A DNA stretch of 5,602 bases from an uncultured Gammaproteobacteria bacterium (GTDB taxonomy: Bacteria; Patescibacteriota; Microgenomatia; Daviesbacterales; UBA10151): NCBI GenBank assembly GCA_964522265.1, contig CAZFVS010000059.1, positions 947-6,548 on the forward strand, read 5' to 3'. Under the pieces are notes generated by a model. The model ran no database searches and was not told where the DNA came from. It saw only the letters and a program-made list of their open reading frames with translations. A program made the position numbers and the translations under genes. This document shows positions 1 to 4,372 of the stretch, in pieces (the first letter of the stretch is position 1; every line of letters starts with the position of its first letter).

Positions 1-349
1 AGCGTACAACCTTCATATTGAGCAAGAGCCAAAAATATGCATCATATGAAGTTAATTGATATTGTTCCATCAAACTCCCGGTTATATTAAGAACAGGTAA
101 AGAAACTTCTACAAAGTTAATGGGTGCTTGGTAAAGTCTGGCTATTACAGAGTAAGATCTCTCAGCAGAGGAAGCTTTAGCTTTAATGAAAACATTCAAT
201 AATTCAAGCGGTAAAATATCAGGCAAGATAATGTTTATTTTCCCATCATTAAAATCCTTCCACAACTTCCTGGCCTGTGATACATGATTTTCTTGTGCAT
301 GATGGTACCACTTTATGACTACAGAAGTGTCTAAAACAAAGCTATGCAT
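1..349 (-). CDS. vapC: PIN-domain ribonuclease toxin (VapC-like), partial; 3' end lies beyond the left window edge; possible frameshift at the homopolymer at 31-35
   Basis: Manual translation of the minus strand from ATG 349..347 is open to position 1: MHSFVLDTSVVIKWYHHAQENHVSQARKLWKDFNDGKINIILPDILPLELLNVFIKAKASSAERSYSVIARLYQAPINFVEVSLPVLNITGSLMEQYQLTSYDAYF... The PIN acidic residues sit in their usual contexts: D7 (VLDTSV), E49 (LPLELLN), D103 (SYDAYF). The start is 2 nt after the antitoxin stop (TAA 354..352), the classic TA operon layout. It is absent from the ORF track because it is truncated by the window edge. Confidence 0.8.
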   Translation of the reverse strand, partial: MHSFVLDTSVVIKWYHHAQENHVSQARKLWKDFNDGKINIILPDILPLELLNVFIKAKASSAERSYSVIARLYQAPINFVEVSLPVLNITGSLMEQYQLTSYDAYFWLLLNMKVVR

Positions 350-351
350 TT

Positions 352-651
352 TTATAAGTGAGTATCCCTATCTTTTCTTAAGAAATCCGTCAATTTAACA
401 TCTTGTCTACCGGATTTATTAAATTTTTCAAAATCCTGCCAGATTTCATCCCATTGCTTTTTTGTTAACTTTTTCTTGGGATTTTGAGGGTGAGAAACAG
501 GTAATCTCTCCACTCTAAACCCATCCTGGATAGTGGTAACTTTAACCATCACTTCATCTTCAGGCCAATTTAAGGCTGACCTTACGCTCTGAGGTACAGT
601 TAACTGACCCTTTTCTCTTATTTTAGAAATAGTTTGAGTATAATCGTTCAT
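352..651 (-). CDS. vapB: AbrB/SpoVT-fold (MazE/VapB-type) antitoxin; preferred start ATG 651..649 (99 aa); the longest ORF starts at 690 (112 aa)
   Basis: The ORF track gives 352..690. The N-terminal motif KIREKGQLTVPQSVRSALNWPEDEVMVKVTTIQDGFRVERL matches the looped-hinge-helix SpoVT/AbrB pattern (kGQvtiPk.vR..l....gd.v.v). The basic/acidic C-terminal tail is typical of a toxin-binding region. A PIN gene follows immediately downstream. The start at 651 is preferred because a near-consensus promoter (TTGACA-17-TGaTATTCT) lies inside codons 2-11 of the longer ORF and predicts a transcript beginning at or next to this ATG. It also gives a more typical distance to the GQ motif. Confidence 0.85.
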   Translation of the reverse strand: MNDYTQTISKIREKGQLTVPQSVRSALNWPEDEVMVKVTTIQDGFRVERLPVSHPQNPKKKLTKKQWDEIWQDFEKFNKSGRQDVKLTDFLRKDRDTHL

Positions 652-680
652 ACTAGTAAGAATATCATACCAGTAAGAAT
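648..680 (-). repeat. Tandem 16-bp direct repeat (15/16 identical, period 17 bp); candidate VapB/VapBC operator
   Basis: Plus strand: tcatactagtaagaat (648-663), a (664), tcataccagtaagaat (665-680). The single mismatch is 654 t versus 671 c. The proximal copy contains the perfect 8-bp palindrome TACTAGTA (651-658) and the preferred antitoxin ATG. The distal copy fills the promoter spacer. The repeat period is out of frame, so it is not a protein repeat. Confidence 0.7.
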
Positions 681-687
681 TTGTCAA
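659..687 (-). promoter_or_regulatory. Sigma70-like promoter for the vapBC operon (-35 TTGACA, 17-bp spacer, extended -10 TGaTATTCT)
   Basis: On the minus strand, TTGACA is at 687..682, the spacer at 681..665, TG at 667..666 and TATTCT at 664..659. The predicted TSS is around 653-651, at or next to ATG 651..649, which would make the mRNA leaderless or nearly so. This is sequence inspection only, and AT-rich DNA produces false positives. Confidence 0.45.
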
Positions 688-718
688 CATTTCGATTTGA
701 CTTACCTACAACCTTTTT

Positions 719-1627
719 TCACTTTTTGGGTGAAGGCTGAGGTGTTTTTTCAGCGGATTTTGTTGCAGCTTCAACTTCTTCCTGTGATTGGGCGCCACCC
801 AAATCACTACCTTTTTTCCAATCAACTGAGAGTTTATAGTAAGAAAACTCTTTACTTGTAGACTGGGTGTCAAAATTCCCTTTGTCTTCGGGTTTTAAAA
901 ATTGGTCAAGCGCTACTGCAAAACCGATCTTTGAATCAACCAGGCTGTCGTGTTCGTCATAAAAATTGACAGTTATCTTGACCCAATAAACATCCTCTTT
1001 CGTGCTATTTAAAACCTCTCCGGAGATTGAGCGGAATCCTGCTTTTTCATTAACCTTATGGTTTAATACTCGGACTATATCATTACCTGTCTTATTAGTG
1101 TATGCCACTAAAAGCTCATCTATTTTCTGGTCTATACCAAGCACATCCTCTTTTTCTTTTAGTTCAGCTCTCTGTTTTTGTTCAGTCTTGGTTTTCTGTT
1201 CCTCTTCTGTTAATAATCTGTTTATCAGATGTATAACCTCTGCTTTTTTACCCCTGTAGCTTGCCTCAATCTTCAGGGTGCTTTTGCCTTCGGCAATACT
1301 CACAACTGTTGTAAAAGTACCATCACCGTTTTCAGCAACATCCCTGCCGTTGACACTGACTTTTGTCCCCACCGGAGAAACAATACCTTTAACAAACAGA
1401 TTCTCCCCTTTTACTTCCTGGTCTCCTGCAGGCACCTGCAGTGTAATGGTGGGACTGGGGCTGGTAATATAACTATAACCAAGATAAGAAACCAGAAGCC
1501 CTAAAATCGCACCTAAAACTATGGGTGAACGGCGTCTGAGAAAAGCTGCACTGCTGTCTTTCAACCGGGCTGACATAACAACGGCACCAGGCAAATACTT
1601 TTTGCAACTAAGCAAAATTTTATGCAT
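719..1627 (-). CDS. Hypothetical single-pass membrane-anchored protein: N-terminal TM anchor, Ig-like beta-sandwich domain, charged coiled-coil-like linker, FxLYD/DUF3426-like C-terminal beta-sandwich, Ser/Thr/Pro/Lys-rich tail
   Basis: 302-aa ORF from the track. Residues 31-54 (RRRSPIVLGAILGLLVSYLGYSYI) give a positive-inside signal-anchor. Residues ~60-137 (TITLQVPAGDQEVKGENLFVKGIVSPVGTKVSVNGRDVAENGDGTFTTVVSIAEGKSTLKIEA) follow the common bacterial Ig-like pattern. Residues 140-161 (TEEEQKTKTEQKQRAELKEKED) form a charged linker. Residues ~183-271 (GEVLNSTKEDVYWVKITVNFYDEHDSLVDS...LKPEDKGNFD) resemble FxLYD-type domains. The tail is QSQEEVEAATKSAEKTPQPSPKK. The start could instead be M18 (ATG 1576..1574). 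Confidence 0.8.
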   Translation of the reverse strand: MHKILLSCKKYLPGAVVMSARLKDSSAAFLRRRSPIVLGAILGLLVSYLGYSYITSPSPTITLQVPAGDQEVKGENLFVKGIVSPVGTKVSVNGRDVAENGDGTFTTVVSIAEGKSTLKIEASYRGKKAEVIHLINRLLTEEEQKTKTEQKQRAELKEKEDVLGIDQKIDELLVAYTNKTGNDIVRVLNHKVNEKAGFRSISGEVLNSTKEDVYWVKITVNFYDEHDSLVDSKIGFAVALDQFLKPEDKGNFDTQSTSKEFSYYKLSVDWKKGSDLGGAQSQEEVEAATKSAEKTPQPSPKK

Positions 1628-1633
1628 GCACCT

Positions 1634-1662
1634 ACTCTATACTAATCTTTTTTAACTTGCAA
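1634..1662 (-). promoter_or_regulatory. Weak candidate promoter for the 302-aa gene (TTGCAA-17-TAGAGT), predicting a leaderless transcript at ATG 1627
   Basis: On the minus strand, TTGCAA is at 1662..1657, the 17-nt spacer at 1656..1640 and TAGAGT at 1639..1634, with 6 nt before ATG 1627..1625. An A-rich TTAAAAAA box at 1655..1648, about 25 nt upstream of the ATG, could alternatively be read as an archaeal TATA box. The hexamers are weak. Confidence 0.25.
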
Positions 1663-1709
1663 CCCAGATTCTCTATCTTGTAATATATCAGATTACGACT
1701 CTACCCATC

Positions 1710-1738
1710 TTGCAAAGTTCCGTTATTTTTGTAAAAAT
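1710..1738 (+). promoter_or_regulatory. Candidate promoter for the GT-C operon (TTGCAA-17-TGtAAAAAT)
   Basis: TTGCAA is at 1710-1715, the 17-nt spacer at 1716-1732, TG at 1730-1731 and AAAAAT at 1733-1738. The predicted TSS near 1745 leaves a ~12-nt leader without a Shine-Dalgarno before ATG 1757. A second similar element lies upstream: TTGCAA 1657-1662, 18 nt, TAATAT 1681-1686. Confidence 0.3.
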
Positions 1739-1756
1739 CGTTACACATCAAAACTT

Positions 1757-4372
1757 ATGCCCAAAAACTCAATCGGGAAATATAGCCATATTATCTTGCC
1801 TACCAGCCTGCTGGTGCTGGCATTGTCCGTTTATTTTTATACCAAACCCCCCTCAATACTGTGGATTGATTCGGGGACAATGATTGCAGCATCCTCATCA
1901 CTTGGAATCCCCAATCCTCCAGGTTTTCCGTTTTATATGATGGCATCTCACCTTTTTACTGTTGTCACTCCGTTTTTGAGCAAACTCTTAAGTCTTGAAC
2001 TGTTCACTATCATATTTTCTTTGGGGCTTTTACTCATGGTCTACAAAATTATCCTGTTGCTTATTCAAAACAACTTCTTTTTTTACCAATCTGCCCACAA
2101 TCCTGAAAATAGCGCTTCAGCAGGCCTGCTCCCCCATCTTTCCGCCCTTTTTGGTGCAACTGCTTTGGCTTTCTCTTATCAGTATTGGTCGCAATCCCAA
2201 AACACAGAAGCTTTTATCTTTACCTACTTTTTTGTAGCCCTTTTCGCTTTCCTGCTTCTTAAAATTATGATTAAAAAACGCGCAATAACTGAAAAAAAGT
2301 TAAATTTTAATCATTACTCCACATACTTATTTAAAATACTCCTTCTTATTGCATTCCTTTACGGACTTGCTGCAGGCGCCAACCCGACTGTTGCATCCCT
2401 GGTGCCTGCCACACTTTATGTCATGTTTTTAAACCGCAGGTCTTTAAATATACCAAAACTTATCATTTTGGGTTTGGTTTTTGCAGTCACAATTTCTGCT
2501 GTTTATTCTTATCTGCCGATCAGGGCAAGCGCCTGGCCTTTTATTAATTGGGGCAATCCGCAAACATTAAAACTTTTTATCGGTCATTTGCATGGCGAGG
2601 GGTTAAACATTTATGAACCTGAAGGAGGATCTATCAACGGATTTACAGGTTCCCCCCTGGTGTTTGCCCAATCAGTGTCTTATTTCATTTTAAACAGCTT
2701 CATCCAGTTTACTCCCTTCCTTTTTCCTTTTATCATCCTGGGGATCTATTTTATTTTCAGGATAAACAGATACCTTTTAGTTTTTCTCCTGTCTGTACCT
2801 ATTATTGATGTAGTATATTCTGGGATTTATTACTCCGGAAACCAGGAATCCTGGTTTATTTTAGCCTGGGAATTTTTATCAATTTTTATAGGAATTGGTT
2901 TTTACTTTGCTGTTACAAAATTTAAATTATCCGGCAGAAAAGTCTTTCTGGTTTTTTCGCTGTGCTTTTTACCACTGATCAGTTTCTTCTGGATTTTAAA
3001 CAGAAGCGGGCACCGTTTCGCCTCGGATTATGCCTACAATCTCTATGCCCCGCTTGAGAAGAATGCAATTATTATAGGCACCGGGGATTTTTTCAATTCA
3101 CTTTCCCATTACCTGCATGAAGCGGATATTTATAGAAGCGATGTCACCCCCATAACTGCAAATGTTTTTTACGTTAACAGATGGGAAAGAGACTCGGTAC
3201 GCCATGCCACCAACCTGTCCGTCTCAGACAAAATCGAAGGGATCATCCAGTACAAAAAATATTCAGAGTACAATGATGCCATGAACCAGTTTATTGATGA
3301 AAATATCAATGCCCATCCTATCTACGTCACCCACTTAACCCTTCGCGCTTCTGCTCTTGCTGCTACCAGCGGAGGCCAACTGAAACTGGATGAAAAAAGA
3401 TTCAAGTTTGTGCCAAACGGATTAACATTGAAGGTCATCAGGGCAACAGAGGAAGGCAAACCTAATCTGGCACTGTATGATTTTAAGCTTACCTCTCCTC
3501 TTTCTCCAAAACCATATTATCTGGAGAGAAATTACCGGGGCGGGTTTGGAAATATCTTAAACGATTATGTCTACTCTTATGAATATTTGGGTGACTGGTT
3601 TGCAGAAAAAGGCGATAATGAGAATGCATTAAGGTATTACAATATTGCCAAAGGGATTAATCCGGAAAATGCGGAGATATTAGCCCATCTGGGAGAGTTT
3701 TATGCCAAGGCAAGGGATTTTGATGCTTCTTACCAGTACCTTGCCAAGGCTGAACGGTTAGATGTAAAAAACCTCTCCGTCCATTTTAATTTGGGTTTAT
3801 CTTATATCAATGTGGGCAGAACAGACCAGGCAAAATTGGAGTTTGAGTCTGTAAAACAGCTCGCCCCTATAGGAGATCCGATCGGAATTGAGGCTGATAA
3901 TATACTTAAAAAAATCACCACTTTTAACTTAAACGATCCTGCAAATCTAGAACAGACTACTGCCTGGAAAGAAATACAGGACCCAAGCAACCATTTTTCT
4001 ATTAAAGTCCCCCCAGCGTTTTCAAAAAGTAAGGATCCTAATTCTCCAATTATGTTTATTTCCGATAATAACTCGGGCAATTTGGGACTCAATATCCAGG
4101 CTTTGGAAACAAAACTCAAAGACGGAGAAAATATTGAAGACCATATCAGTAAATCTCCATTAAAGATGACCGGGGTGCTTTTGGATGTCCAACCGATTAA
4201 TTTTATCGGCTACACTGCAGCAGTACAAGTTTTCGGTACACCCCAGGGGGATTCTTCGCAACGTTTCATCTTAGTCAAAGACAACCGTGTCTGGCAGTTT
4301 AAAGTCTACCCCGGAAACTCTATAAAACTGGATATTTTTTATAAGATGCTGGGAACATTTAAATCATTATGA
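1757..4372 (+). CDS. DUF2723/TMEM260-like GT-C fold membrane glycosyltransferase fused to three TPR repeats and an unassigned C-terminal domain
   Basis: 871-aa ORF from the track. The region up to about residue 430 is polytopic and hydrophobic, with many predicted TM helices. The first-loop motif W36-I-D-S-G-T-M-I-A-A-S-S-S-L-G-I-P-N-P-P-G-F-P-F-Y60 resembles the DUF2723 signature as I recall it (W.DsGE....a..LGi.HPPGyPly). Residues 430-606 are soluble, residues 607-708 are TPRs, and residues 737-871 form an extra domain. Confidence 0.85.
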   Translation: MPKNSIGKYSHIILPTSLLVLALSVYFYTKPPSILWIDSGTMIAASSSLGIPNPPGFPFYMMASHLFTVVTPFLSKLLSLELFTIIFSLGLLLMVYKIILLLIQNNFFFYQSAHNPENSASAGLLPHLSALFGATALAFSYQYWSQSQNTEAFIFTYFFVALFAFLLLKIMIKKRAITEKKLNFNHYSTYLFKILLLIAFLYGLAAGANPTVASLVPATLYVMFLNRRSLNIPKLIILGLVFAVTISAVYSYLPIRASAWPFINWGNPQTLKLFIGHLHGEGLNIYEPEGGSINGFTGSPLVFAQSVSYFILNSFIQFTPFLFPFIILGIYFIFRINRYLLVFLLSVPIIDVVYSGIYYSGNQESWFILAWEFLSIFIGIGFYFAVTKFKLSGRKVFLVFSLCFLPLISFFWILNRSGHRFASDYAYNLYAPLEKNAIIIGTGDFFNSLSHYLHEADIYRSDVTPITANVFYVNRWERDSVRHATNLSVSDKIEGIIQYKKYSEYNDAMNQFIDENINAHPIYVTHLTLRASALAATSGGQLKLDEKRFKFVPNGLTLKVIRATEEGKPNLALYDFKLTSPLSPKPYYLERNYRGGFGNILNDYVYSYEYLGDWFAEKGDNENALRYYNIAKGINPENAEILAHLGEFYAKARDFDASYQYLAKAERLDVKNLSVHFNLGLSYINVGRTDQAKLEFESVKQLAPIGDPIGIEADNILKKITTFNLNDPANLEQTTAWKEIQDPSNHFSIKVPPAFSKSKDPNSPIMFISDNNSGNLGLNIQALETKLKDGENIEDHISKSPLKMTGVLLDVQPINFIGYTAAVQVFGTPQGDSSQRFILVKDNRVWQFKVYPGNSIKLDIFYKMLGTFKSL
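3575..3880 (+). other. Three tandem TPR repeats within the 871-aa CDS
   Basis: The three 34-aa units are SYEYLGDWFAEKGDNENALRYYNIAKGINPENAE, ILAHLGEFYAKARDFDASYQYLAKAERLDVKNLS and VHFNLGLSYINVGRTDQAKLEFESVKQLAPIGDP. The small and large residues (G/A at 8 and 20, Y/F at 11 and 24, A at 27, P/D at 32) follow the TPR consensus. Confidence 0.75.

Noticed and set aside
29-37. Programmed -1 ribosomal frameshift at T-TTT-TGG in the PIN gene
   Set aside because: The site is not a canonical X-XXY-YYZ heptamer, because the A-site Trp tRNA cannot re-pair on TTG. No downstream structure can be assessed because the window ends. An indel or a homopolymer sequencing error is a simpler explanation.
652-690. 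N-terminal extension of the antitoxin (MLTNSYWYDILTS, start at ATG 690)
   Set aside because: These codons coincide with a consensus -35 box, the spacer and the -10 box, and with a DNA-level tandem repeat whose period (17) is out of frame. A start at 651 gives a more typical AbrB-type N-terminus. The longer form is kept as an alternative only.
634-861. 75-aa plus-strand ORF from the track
   Set aside because: It lies antisense across the antitoxin 5' end, the intergenic gap and the 3' end of the 302-aa gene. Its low-complexity L/F/Q-rich translation has no recognisable motif. It is a typical shadow ORF opposite real genes.
1002-1504. Three overlapping plus-strand ORFs (1002..1259, 1229..1504, 1278..1472)
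   Set aside because: All are antisense to the 302-aa CDS, whose translation shows a coherent TM anchor and domain structure. The antisense translations are Ser/Phe/Cys-rich with no motifs and overlap each other in different frames.
1574-1576. Alternative start (M18) for the 302-aa protein
   Set aside because: It cannot be excluded. However, it has no better upstream signal than ATG 1627, and the candidate TTGCAA-17-TAGAGT promoter places the TSS at 1627. Both starts keep the same TM anchor, so the functional call is unchanged.
1995-2237. 80-aa plus-strand ORF in an alternative frame inside the 871-aa gene
   Set aside because: It is fully nested out of frame in a CDS with a clear family signature. 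There is no independent start context and the composition is an artefact of T-rich membrane-protein codons.
3802-4119. 105-aa minus-strand ORF
   Set aside because: It is antisense to the TPR and C-terminal domain region of the 871-aa CDS, with no motif, promoter or coupling context.
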